From NCBI GenBank assembly GCA_050309735.1, contig JBNRMS010000068.1:24405-88404 (forward strand): a stretch of 64,000 bases of DNA, in the 5' to 3' direction. The stretch's first letter is position 1. The number at the start of each line of letters is the position of its first letter. The translations under genes were made by a program, and so were the position numbers. Under the pieces are notes generated by a model. The model was not told the DNA's origin, made no database searches, and saw only the letters and a program-made list of their open reading frames with translations. This document shows positions 52,451-61,195 of this stretch, piece by piece. The stretch is from Eubacteriales bacterium (GTDB lineage: Bacteria > Bacillota > Clostridia > Oscillospirales > CAG-272).

Positions 52451-52688
52451 ACAGTGCCATAACGACGGCTTATCCCTTCACACGTCTTTGCTTGTTCACT
52501 TCCCTGCCGTCGCTCCGGTACGAACTTTCCGGGTTGTATGACCTGTTATAAGGATATGGAATTTTAGCTTATAATGACACGGAGATGTGAAAATAATCCG
52601 ATGCCGACGAATTTTGTCGGACATCGAAATGTTTATAGAGTTATATCTTGCAGGATATCTTGCCTGCGGAAAGGAGAAATTTTTTACC

Positions 52689-53360
52689 ATGATATACATT
52701 TCCCCCTCGATTCTTGCCGCCAATTTTTCATGTCTTGGCGCCGATGTTCAGCGAGTTGCTAAGGCTGGGGCGTCAATGCTGCACCTTGACGTTATGGACG
52801 GAGTTTTTGTACCCAATATCAGCTTTGGAGCGCCGGTGATTTCCTCGCTGCGCCGCCGCTCAAATCTCTTTTTCGACGTTCACTTGATGATAACCGACCC
52901 TAAAAGGTATATAAACGATTTTATCCGCGCGGGCGCCGATATTATCACAATCCACTATGAAAGCTGCAATAACCACAATGAGGTGTTGTCGCTTATAAGA
53001 TCGCAAGAGGTCAGAGCCTCAATGTCGATATCACCGGGAACGCCTTATGAGGTTGTCCTTCCCTTTATTGACAAGCTTGATATGGTACTTATAATGACGG
53101 TTGAACCGGGCTTTGGCGGACAAAAACTGATGCCCGAGACGCTTGAGAAGGTTCGGGCACTGCGCCGATACGCCATAGCGCATAATAAGGAGCTTGACAT
53201 CGAGGTCGACGGCGGTATTACGCTTGAGAACATAGCGCTTGTCACATCGGCCGGCGCGAATGTGATTGTGTCAGGCTCAACAATCTTTGGAGCTTCAAAG
53301 CCAAAAGCGGTAATCTCCAAAATGAAGGAAATAGCCCTCAACAACCCCTTTACAGGATAA
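52689..53360 (+). CDS. rpe: Ribulose-phosphate 3-epimerase
   Basis: MIYISPSILAANF, HLDVMDGVFVPNISFG, MTVEPGFGGQK and EVDGGI. The ATG at 52689 follows AAGGAG; the track start at 52587 adds a non-homologous extension. Confidence 0.93.
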   Translation: MIYISPSILAANFSCLGADVQRVAKAGASMLHLDVMDGVFVPNISFGAPVISSLRRRSNLFFDVHLMITDPKRYINDFIRAGADIITIHYESCNNHNEVLSLIRSQEVRASMSISPGTPYEVVLPFIDKLDMVLIMTVEPGFGGQKLMPETLEKVRALRRYAIAHNKELDIEVDGGITLENIALVTSAGANVIVSGSTIFGASKPKAVISKMKEIALNNPFTG

Positions 53361-53366
53361 AAACAT

Positions 53367-53396
53367 CCGGCTTGCCGCTCGAAAACGGCAGGCCGG
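53367..53396. terminator. Terminator between convergent rpe and mgtC
   Basis: CCGGCTTGCCG-ctcgaaaa-CGGCAGGCCGG followed by TATTTTATAT. Confidence 0.7.
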
Positions 53397-53449
53397 TATT
53401 TTATATATTCATTTTCAAGTTGCATGTTTTGGATGTCTTTCCCATGAAC

Positions 53450-54136
53450 TCACAACTCCTCAACCGAATAAACTCCTTTTATATCCGAGATATGCTGGAG
53501 GACCTCGGGGCGTTTTTTCTTAAGACTTATTTGAATCACAAAGATAGCGCCCATAATAGGCCCCTCGGCGGCTTTTGAGCGGGTTATTTCAATATCGGTG
53601 ATAACAACGCCCAGCTTTTTTATCTCTGCGGCAATTTCAGCAAGGCTCTCGGTCTCGTCAAATTCAACAAATATATTAAGATTTTTAGCTTTTGAGGATA
53701 TGTACCACTCAAGCTTTGAAAGAAGTATTTCGGCTATCAGAACAAGTACGGTCGCAATAATTCCGGCCTCGACATAGCCTACGCCTATCGCAAGTCCGAT
53801 TATGGCAGAAACCCAAAGACCGGCGGCAGTTGTAAGCCCCTTGACCTGACGGCGACGAGTGACAATAATCGTTCCGGCGCCGATAAATCCAATGCCCGTG
53901 ACCACCTGAGCGCCAAGGCGTGCAGGGTCGGTTGACCAACCGCTGACAACCAAATAATGGCTGGTCAGGGTAGTGAGAGCCGCTCCAAGACAAACGAGCG
54001 TGTGCGTTCGATATCCGGCGGGGCGGCGCTTATGCTCGCGCTCAATTCCGATAACCCCTCCGCAGATAACCGACAAAACAATGCGCAGGATCACAGAAAA
54101 TGTCGAAAATTCTCTTATGCTTTCAAAAATATCCAT
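53450..54136 (-). CDS. MgtC/SapB family protein
   Basis: GGVIGIEREHKRRPAGYRTHTLVCLGAAL, four to five TM helices and a C-terminal ACT-like domain. Confidence 0.85.
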   Translation of the reverse strand: MDIFESIREFSTFSVILRIVLSVICGGVIGIEREHKRRPAGYRTHTLVCLGAALTTLTSHYLVVSGWSTDPARLGAQVVTGIGFIGAGTIIVTRRRQVKGLTTAAGLWVSAIIGLAIGVGYVEAGIIATVLVLIAEILLSKLEWYISSKAKNLNIFVEFDETESLAEIAAEIKKLGVVITDIEITRSKAAEGPIMGAIFVIQISLKKKRPEVLQHISDIKGVYSVEEL

Positions 54137-54150
54137 CTTCCCGCTCCTCC

Positions 54151-54861
54151 TTATATTTCTTCAAGAGCGCGGACACTCCGAATGTCGGCAAGCTTTGTCA
54201 GAATATCAGCGTGCGGCATTTTGCTCGGAAGCTGCATTGAAAAGATAACACTGGCATATACACCGCTGCTGGGATTATCCTTGTTTATCTCAAAATCATA
54301 AATTCTGATTCGGTCTGCCTTGATGATTTCAATAATTGTACTGATATCGTCAATATCCGAAACCTCAATATAAAGATTCATATTTCGCGCTCTTTGCATT
54401 ATCAGGCTCTCAACCCTGCGCATAATGGTGACCGAGAAAAATATCATAAAGCAAGCAGATATGGCGCCAAGATAAAATCCCGCGCCAATAGCAAGCCCCA
54501 TGCAGGCTGACGCCCAAAGCCCTGCTGCCGTTGTCAGCCCTTTTATCTCCTGACGGCTGGTGACAATAATCGTTCCCGCGCCGAGAAATCCTATCCCGCT
54601 TATCACCTGCGCGCCGAAGCGCGATACGTCGGTTGTAATATTTATTTTGTTGGTAATAAGAAAACCAAAAACATACTGGCCTATCAGCATAGTGAGCGCC
54701 GCGCCCATGGCGACAAGCATATGCGTTCTAAATCCCGCCGGACGGCGCCGCCGTCCGCGGTCAAGGCCGATAATTCCTCCGCAGAAAATTGCGAATACCA
54801 GCCTTACTACTGTTGTTATTATGCCCGGCTCTCGGAGCCCGGCTGCTAAATTATATGGCAT
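54151..54861 (-). CDS. MgtC/SapB family protein (tandem paralog)
   Basis: GGIIGLDRGRRRRPAGFRTHMLVAMGAAL. The architecture matches the downstream paralog. Confidence 0.85.
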   Translation of the reverse strand: MPYNLAAGLREPGIITTVVRLVFAIFCGGIIGLDRGRRRRPAGFRTHMLVAMGAALTMLIGQYVFGFLITNKINITTDVSRFGAQVISGIGFLGAGTIIVTSRQEIKGLTTAAGLWASACMGLAIGAGFYLGAISACFMIFFSVTIMRRVESLIMQRARNMNLYIEVSDIDDISTIIEIIKADRIRIYDFEINKDNPSSGVYASVIFSMQLPSKMPHADILTKLADIRSVRALEEI

Positions 54862-54938
54862 TGCAAATAAAACCTTTCATAACTAAAACCATAATACCGC
54901 GCAAGAGAGAAGCCGATGCAGATGTGATTTTGAAGAAA

Positions 54939-56483
54939 TCACTCCTCCGCCCAAAGCTCTATAATCACAGTATTATATTCACCGTTGCGATAGAATGTTA
55001 CCATAACACTGTCTCCGGCAAACTTCTCGTTGATGATATTCATCACCTCACCCGTGCTTAAAACCTTCTTGCCGTCAACCTCTGTTATAATATCGCCCGG
55101 CTCAAGTTTTCCGGCTGCTCCGTATCTTTGGTTAACCTCGGACACATATACGCCGGCAATATCAGCGAGTATAACCGTGCCGTCAATAAATCTATTCTCG
55201 CCGGCAGAGACCGAGATAGCGCTTATCCCAATCACAGCGCGCCGCTGAGCGACATCCTGCGAGCCTGTCGAAGAGCCGGTTTCTATAATTTCGTTGAGAA
55301 TCGGGAGCGCACCGTTTGTCGGTATTGCGAAGCCTATACCGTCAAATCCGTCTCCAAGCTTAAGCGTGATAATGCCGATAACCTGCCCGTATTCGTTGAT
55401 AAGCGGACCGCCCGAATTTCCGGGGTTGACAGTCGCGTTTGTCTGAATCAGGGTCATTTTTTTGGACATTACGCCGGTTTGGTCATATATTTTTACATTG
55501 CGGTCGATACCCGAAATTATGCCGTTAGTTGTGGTTTCAGCGTATTCCAGCCCTGCCGGAGTTCCTATCGCCACCACAAGCTCGCCGACTATAAGCTCGC
55601 TCGAGTCGCCAAACTCGGCCGGCGTCAGCCGGTCGGCATCAATCTTGATAACCGCAAGATCGGAGAGCGCATCGTATCCAACGACCTCAGCATTGTATTC
55701 CCTGCCGTCACCGACAGTCACCACAATTGATAGGCTTTTCTCAACCACATGGTAGTTGGTTGCTATATAGCCGTCGGCCGACATGATTATGCCGGTTCCA
55801 ACGCCCGAGCCAACACCCAAAAGGTTCTCGTAGCTCACCGTTATACCGACCACAGACGGCCTTACCTTTGCGGCAATTTCGGGAATTGTTAACACGCCGC
55901 TGTCATTATCAAGCTCGCGAACAAAAATTGTCCGCGTGGGGCGCGGGATCAGCGCACCGCTCTCGTATAAAAGAATACCGAGCATCGTTGTAAAGCAGAG
56001 CGCGAAGGCAATTGTCATAATAATTGCGTAGGTAAGTACGCCGGAATTCCGGCGTTTTTGCTCGACGCGTCGTAACTCGTCGCCATATGTCCAGCGATAT
56101 TCGGTGGGAGGCGGCGGGTCGGATAGTGCCTCCCCCCGCGGGGGAAGTCCGATATCTGTGCGAGGGTTGCCCGTGCCGGGCAGATTTATCTCGGGGGTGC
56201 GGGGTGTTTCCCTGTCAGGCGGGTTTATCTCGGGAGTGCGGGGTATTTCCTTGTCAGGCGGGTTTATCTCGGGAGTGCGGGGTGTTTCCCTGTCAGGCGG
56301 GTTTACCTCGGGGGACGGAGAGGGGCGGTCACCCGGCTCGGCGGGCGGATTCTTCGGCTCTGCCGCCCTCGGTCCGGCGGGCGTTGCCATCTCATTTTTT
56401 TGCGTATTGCCGCTCTCTCTCATATGATTCACATCTATCTCACCGCTCGTATTGTCGGGACTAATTTTTCTGTAATCTTCCAT
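54939..56483 (-). CDS. HtrA/DegP-type serine protease with a PDZ domain and a proline-rich repeat N-terminus
   Basis: GNSGGPLIN contains the active-site Ser; TNYHVV contains the His. A C-terminal PDZ is present (GVYVSEVNQRYGAAGKLEPGDIITEVDGKKV). The N-terminal cytoplasmic region has 13-aa repeats and precedes a TM helix. Confidence 0.9.
   Translation of the reverse strand: MEDYRKISPDNTSGEIDVNHMRESGNTQKNEMATPAGPRAAEPKNPPAEPGDRPSPSPEVNPPDRETPRTPEINPPDKEIPRTPEINPPDRETPRTPEINLPGTGNPRTDIGLPPRGEALSDPPPPTEYRWTYGDELRRVEQKRRNSGVLTYAIIMTIAFALCFTTMLGILLYESGALIPRPTRTIFVRELDNDSGVLTIPEIAAKVRPSVVGITVSYENLLGVGSGVGTGIIMSADGYIATNYHVVEKSLSIVVTVGDGREYNAEVVGYDALSDLAVIKIDADRLTPAEFGDSSELIVGELVVAIGTPAGLEYAETTTNGIISGIDRNVKIYDQTGVMSKKMTLIQTNATVNPGNSGGPLINEYGQVIGIITLKLGDGFDGIGFAIPTNGALPILNEIIETGSSTGSQDVAQRRAVIGISAISVSAGENRFIDGTVILADIAGVYVSEVNQRYGAAGKLEPGDIITEVDGKKVLSTGEVMNIINEKFAGDSVMVTFYRNGEYNTVIIELWAEE
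56149..56312 (-). repeat. 39-bp tandem repeat (about 3 full copies plus degenerate flanks) inside the htrA-like gene
   Basis: Plus-strand units start at 56188, 56227, 56266 and 56305 (atctcggg(g/a)gtgcggggt(g/a)tttcc(c/t)tgtcaggcgggttt). They encode (E)INPPD(R/K)E(T/I)PRTP. Confidence 0.9.
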
Positions 56484-56512
56484 TCAAACGGTTCCTTTCA
56501 GCCGTATTCGGC

Positions 56513-57982
56513 TCAGTTATCTCTTATATGGCTTCCCTGGGCGGGAACCTCCTCAAGCGTGAAGCAAAACTCGCAGTTCTTCCCGTACTGGCTCTTGACC
56601 CATATATCCTGATGGTGAGCCGCTATTATTGTTTTCGAGATAAAGAGTCCGAGCCCCACTCCGCTCTTGTCAAGCCCGCGGCTCTTGTCACTCTTATAGA
56701 ATCGCTCAAAGACGAACGGAATATCCTCGGGTGGAATACCCTGCCCTTCGTTGTAAACCGATACAAGCAATTTTTTATCCTTATAACGCATTACAGTCAC
56801 TCGGAGCACGCCGCGCTCTATTGAGAATTTTACCGCGTTATCGCAGATATTATACAGTATCTGATATATAGCGTCGCGATCGGCTCGTGCTGACATATAA
56901 TCGCTCTCGCATTCAAATTCAACCTCAAGCTTCTTTGCCTCGATTTTCTGCTCAAAGGAAATGACAATCTGCCGCGCCATCTCGCAAATATCAAAGGGAG
57001 CAAGTGTAAACTTGCGGTCGCCCGCCTGAACGCGCGAGATATCGAGCAGCGACGCCACAAGGCGGGAGAGCCGCCGCACCTCGTTTGCTATTATGCCAAG
57101 ATAATATTCGTGCTTGTCGGGCGGGATGGCACCGTCAAGTATGCCGTCGATAAATCCGGCTATGGTGGTCATCGGGGTTCTCAGGTCGTGAGAAACGTTT
57201 GCCATAAAGGTGTTTCTCATTGTTTCAAGGTTGTCGAGCGACTCAGCCATATTGTTAAAAGCCACGGCAAGCTCGGCGACCTCGTCGCCTCCTCTTACCG
57301 GAATGCGAACGTCAAATCTCCCCGCCGCGAAGCTCTTTGCGGCGCGGCTCATGTGCTTGAGCGGCCCGATAACCTTCTCACTGATAAAATAAACGGCAAT
57401 GAGAGCGGCAAGCATTATCCACAAGCTGGCAACGAGTATCGTTTTAATCATCGCTCCGAGCAGCTCATTTATAGTTACAGTCGCCGAACTGGCGATAACT
57501 CCGCCGGCGACATAGTTGTTGGCATTATAAACTGGCACACCGTAAATCATGTGCTGTTCCTCAAAAATTCCCTCAAGATAATCAAGGCGTGATACATCCT
57601 CGCCGTTCATCAATTCGTCAATTAAAATTTTTGAAATGATAATTCCAAAGCTTGACTGCGAGGTTCCCCCCACAATCTTTCCCGAGGTGTCGGTTATGAG
57701 TATACTGATATCTTCAGAATTGGCGGCGACGACCTTCATAACCGAGCTTATATCGGCCTCGTTTAGCTGAACAAATGATGTAAAATCTGAAAGACCGCTG
57801 TCGGTAAATCTGTCCTCAAGATAGGCCGACACTCCTCTTGCCGAATTCTCGAGCAGCTCGTGTCTTGCCGACTCGGAGTATCGGTTTACCGTCGAGGTGA
57901 TAATCGCGACAAGCGCAACAAAGCTGATAACTATTATCAGCATAAAGACGGTTATATATTTTGAAAATATACTTTTGAACAT
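56513..57982 (-). CDS. Sensor histidine kinase (HAMP-HisKA-HATPase)
   Basis: H-box FMANVSHDLRTPMT, N-box NICDNAVKF, and G-boxes YNEGQGIP and GVGLGL. The ATG at 57982 (MFKSIFSKY) follows GGTGAGGA. Confidence 0.9.
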   Translation of the reverse strand: MFKSIFSKYITVFMLIIVISFVALVAIITSTVNRYSESARHELLENSARGVSAYLEDRFTDSGLSDFTSFVQLNEADISSVMKVVAANSEDISILITDTSGKIVGGTSQSSFGIIISKILIDELMNGEDVSRLDYLEGIFEEQHMIYGVPVYNANNYVAGGVIASSATVTINELLGAMIKTILVASLWIMLAALIAVYFISEKVIGPLKHMSRAAKSFAAGRFDVRIPVRGGDEVAELAVAFNNMAESLDNLETMRNTFMANVSHDLRTPMTTIAGFIDGILDGAIPPDKHEYYLGIIANEVRRLSRLVASLLDISRVQAGDRKFTLAPFDICEMARQIVISFEQKIEAKKLEVEFECESDYMSARADRDAIYQILYNICDNAVKFSIERGVLRVTVMRYKDKKLLVSVYNEGQGIPPEDIPFVFERFYKSDKSRGLDKSGVGLGLFISKTIIAAHHQDIWVKSQYGKNCEFCFTLEEVPAQGSHIRDN

Positions 57983-58145
57983 CGTCGTCCTCACCATTAC
58001 AGAATACGCCAATGCCATCGGCACCGGCGTATGCGGGAAACTGAAGGCGCGGGGATGCCGACGCCGGAACCCCCGCCCAAAAAACTTAAAAAGTCTTAAA
58101 TAACTTTATAACTTCATTAAACAGGAGGCGGGTGCGGCTCTGCCG

Positions 58146-58838
58146 TCAACCTAACAATTCAAATTTATATCCGACTCCCCAGACCGTTTTTAATACCCAT
58201 TTATCCGAGATTCCCTCAAGCTTCTCGCGCAGCCTCTTGACATGAACGTCAACCGTTCTTGAGTCTCCAAGATAGTCAAATCCCCAAACCTTGTCAAGCA
58301 ATTGATCGCGCGTGAAAACATGATTATAATTTGATGCAAGGAAATAGAGCAGCTCAAGCTCTTTTGGGGGTATGTCAACCGGCTTGCCGCAGAGCTTCAG
58401 CTCATATTTCAGCTTGCTTATCTCGATATTATCGTATTTAATAACCTCGTTGTTGTCGGCATTTGTATGCGCCGAATAGCGGCGCAGCACGGCCTTTGCC
58501 CGCGCTGACAGTTCCTTCATATCAAAGGGTTTGACCACAAAATCATCTGCTCCAAGCTCAAGCCCGAGCACCTTGTCAAAGACCTCGCCCTTTGCCGTTA
58601 TCATAATAACCGGCTTTGAGGACATCTCGCGTATCTCGCGCAGCACCTGCCATCCGTCTTTTTTGGGAAGCATAACGTCAAGCAGCACCAAATCGGGCTC
58701 AAAAACCTTAAAGGAATTGACACCCTCGGCTCCGTCTTGGGCCGTTTTCACCTGATAATTTTCATTCTCAAAATATAGGCGTAAAAGTTCGCATATATTG
58801 GGGTCGTCATCAACGACCAGAATTTTGGTATCAATCAT
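58146..58838 (-). CDS. OmpR/PhoB family response regulator
   Basis: The receiver domain ILVVDDDPNICELL...LVLLDVMLPKKDG carries the phospho-acceptor Asp. The C-terminal winged helix reads VFTRDQLLDKVWGFDYLGDSRTVDVHVKRLREKL. Confidence 0.93.
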   Translation of the reverse strand: MIDTKILVVDDDPNICELLRLYFENENYQVKTAQDGAEGVNSFKVFEPDLVLLDVMLPKKDGWQVLREIREMSSKPVIMITAKGEVFDKVLGLELGADDFVVKPFDMKELSARAKAVLRRYSAHTNADNNEVIKYDNIEISKLKYELKLCGKPVDIPPKELELLYFLASNYNHVFTRDQLLDKVWGFDYLGDSRTVDVHVKRLREKLEGISDKWVLKTVWGVGYKFELLG

Positions 58839-59009
58839 TATGTAACCCCCTCTGTTTTATCCGTATATGTTTATTAACTTAAAAAAGAAAGACGCAACGC
58901 GGCTTCAGCCAAACCTGCCGATATATATATATTATAACATATGTAAAATATTTTGCAATTGCTTTTTTGCTTTTTCATTTGTTTTTTTGCGCGGTTTGTC
59001 CTCTCACTA

Positions 59010-59038
59010 TTGCCAAAAGAGCGTTTTTGAGTTATAAT
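59010..59038 (+). promoter_or_regulatory. Candidate ychF promoter
   Basis: TTGCCA-17 nt-TATAAT. Confidence 0.55.
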
Positions 59039-59099
59039 TATAATATTGAATTTTTTGAGCGGCAAACACGCCGCCCTTACCCGAAAGGATTACGGTTAC

Positions 59100-60200
59100 A
59101 TGAAGCTCGGTATAGTCGGACTGCCCAACGTGGGCAAAAGTACACTTTTTAACGCACTGACAAACGCAAAGGCCGAATCGGCCAACTACCCCTTTTGCAC
59201 GATAAACCCAAATGTAGGAATAGTCCCGGTTCCAGACCGACGGCTTGAAGTTCTTGCAAACATATATAAATCCGAAAAATGCATTCCGGCAACAATTGAA
59301 TTTGTCGATATCGCAGGGCTTGTCCGGGGTGCGTCGCGCGGAGAGGGACTTGGGAATAAATTTCTCTCTCATATACGCGAGGTTGACGCTGTTGTGCAGG
59401 TCGTCCGCTGCTTTGAAGGGGGCGGAATTATACACGTCGAAGGCGGTGTTGACCCGCTGCGCGACCTTGATATTATAAACCTTGAGCTGATTTATTCGGA
59501 CATGGAGATGCTCGAGCGCCGAATTGAGCGCACAAAAAAAGCGCTCAAGGGCGACCGCAAGCTAGCAGGTGAGCTTGCGGCACTTGAGGGTCTGATGGCC
59601 AAGCTTGAGGAGGGCATCCCGGCGCGCGCGGCAGGGCTCCCAGAGGAGGAACTTGCCGCTCTTTCGGCCGACACACCGCTCCTGACACTCAAACCTGTGA
59701 TATACGTTGCCAATGTTGGTGAGGACGATATCGGTGCCGGCGAGCCGACCGAAAACCGCTTTTATATGCAGCTCAAGGAGCGCGCAGACGCCGAGGGCGC
59801 CGAGCTGATAGCTATATCTGCCCGCATCGAGGCCGAGATTGCCGAGCTTGAAGGGGGGGAGAGGGCAGCCTTTCTCACCGAACTCGGTATTGCAGAATCG
59901 GGTCTTGAGAGGCTTATAAAATCAAGCTATTCGCTGCTCGGCCTTATCAGCTACCTAACGGCGGGTCCGAAAGAAACCCGGGCGTGGACTATAAAAAAAG
60001 GCACCCGCGCGCCCGAGGCTGCCGGCAAAATCCACAGCGATTTTGAGCGCGGTTTTATCCGCGCCGAGATTGTGGCTTACGACGACCTTGCAAGGCTTGG
60101 AAGCATGAACGCTGCGAAGGAAGCCGGCCTTGTCCGAAGCGAGGGCAAGGAATATGTGATATGCGACGGAGACGTTGTTCTGTTCAGATTTAACGTTTAA
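59100..60200 (+). CDS. ychF: Redox-regulated ATPase YchF
   Basis: [33 protein letters not shown], and a C-terminal TGS region ([30 protein letters not shown]). The ATG at 59100 follows AAAGGA. Confidence 0.95.
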   Translation: MKLGIVGLPNVGKSTLFNALTNAKAESANYPFCTINPNVGIVPVPDRRLEVLANIYKSEKCIPATIEFVDIAGLVRGASRGEGLGNKFLSHIREVDAVVQVVRCFEGGGIIHVEGGVDPLRDLDIINLELIYSDMEMLERRIERTKKALKGDRKLAGELAALEGLMAKLEEGIPARAAGLPEEELAALSADTPLLTLKPVIYVANVGEDDIGAGEPTENRFYMQLKERADAEGAELIAISARIEAEIAELEGGERAAFLTELGIAESGLERLIKSSYSLLGLISYLTAGPKETRAWTIKKGTRAPEAAGKIHSDFERGFIRAEIVAYDDLARLGSMNAAKEAGLVRSEGKEYVICDGDVVLFRFNV

Positions 60201-60204
60201 TCAA

Positions 60205-60510
60205 GACATAAGATATAATAAGAACATTGGCAGGTTTCCGAGAAACTTGCACTTTGCGACTGGCTATGGCTCAACATTCACATTAGCAAGTTTCTCCGAA
60301 AGCTGCGATGTCGCAAAAGCAAGCGAACGCATGGGAGAGATTCACTTGCACCTATGGATATAATATACTCTTTGGCAGGTTTCCGAGAAACTTGCACTTT
60401 GCGACTGGCTATGGCTCAACATTCACATTAGCAAGTTTCTCCGAAAGCTGCGATGTCGCAAAAGCAAGCGAACGCATGGGAGAGATTCACTTGCGACTAT
60501 GATATAATGA
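60205..60510 (+). repeat. Two near-identical tandem 144-bp copies (plus a partial leading -10 box) of the structured element capped by a -10 box, between ychF and trmB
   Basis: TATAAT boxes at 60215, 60359 and 60503, exactly 144 bp apart. The units from 60230 and 60374 are identical over about 122 nt and diverge only at cacttgcACCtatgG versus cacttgcGACtatg. Confidence 0.9.
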
Positions 60511-60527
60511 AATAAAGGTAACCCAGC

Positions 60528-61178
60528 ATGAGAATGAGACATAAAAAACGTGGCGCCGAGCGTATCGCCGCCCTCTCTCACCTTTTGATTGAAAAACCCG
60601 AGACCCTCATTGCCGACCCGTCAGCCCCCTTCGGCGCGACCCGGCCGCTGCACCTTGAGATAGGCTGCGGCAAGGGAGCCTTCGCCTCCCGCCTCGCGGC
60701 GGCAAATCCCGGCATAAATCTAATCGCCGTCGAGCGTATTCCCGACGTCGCTTGTATTGCCCTTGAGCGCGCCGAGGCCGAAAAAGAAGAGCGACCGGCC
60801 GATAATCTGCGCTTTATTATTGCAAACGCGCAAAGTGTCGGCGAGTGGCTGCCTGCGGCGAGCATTGAGTGCATTTATCTGAATTTCAGCGACCCATGGC
60901 CAAAGAAGGCTCATGCCAAGCGTCGCTTAACCCACGCCGACTTCTTAAAAATCTACCGCCGCCTCTTGATTGACGGCGGTCGGCTTGAGATGAAAACAGA
61001 CAACACCGCCCTTTTCGATTTCAGCCTTGAGCAGTTTGCCGCCGAGGGGCTTGATATAGCCTGGCAAACTCGAGACCTGCACTCCTCAAAGAGAGCCGCC
61101 GGCAATATCATGACCGAATATGAGAGAAACTTCACCGCGGCAGGTGTTCCTATCTGTGCGGCGACAATAATATTTTAG
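60528..61178 (+). CDS. trmB: tRNA (guanine46-N7)-methyltransferase
   Basis: LEIGCGKGAF, IYLNFSDPWPKKAHAKRRL and TEYERNF. Confidence 0.93.
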   Translation: MRMRHKKRGAERIAALSHLLIEKPETLIADPSAPFGATRPLHLEIGCGKGAFASRLAAANPGINLIAVERIPDVACIALERAEAEKEERPADNLRFIIANAQSVGEWLPAASIECIYLNFSDPWPKKAHAKRRLTHADFLKIYRRLLIDGGRLEMKTDNTALFDFSLEQFAAEGLDIAWQTRDLHSSKRAAGNIMTEYERNFTAAGVPICAATIIF

Positions 61179-61195
61179 TGATAAGGAGATATGAT

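Noticed and set aside
52496-52723. 75-aa minus-strand ORF as the gene served by the orphan terminator
   Set aside because: The sequence is not protein-like (His/Arg/Ile-rich), has no SD and overlaps the rpe RBS and start. An sRNA explanation is more economical.
54862-54938. M-box or other riboswitch upstream of the MgtC genes
   Set aside because: The spacer is only about 77 nt and shows no extended conserved-looking structure.
60175-60502. Two ORFs (62 and 64 aa) that repeat the peptide GRFPRNLHFATGYGSTFTLASFSESCDVAKASERMGEIHL
   Set aside because: They exist only because the 144-bp DNA repeat happens to be open in one frame. The first uses a non-ATG start inside ychF, and neither has an SD. 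The related copies at 21.3 kb lack the ~80-nt insertion, so the reading frame is not conserved. This fits a non-coding element better.
60205-60510. Possible CRISPR array
   Set aside because: The repeat period is 144 bp with no unique spacers between repeats, since the units are contiguous. There are only two full copies and no cas genes in the window.
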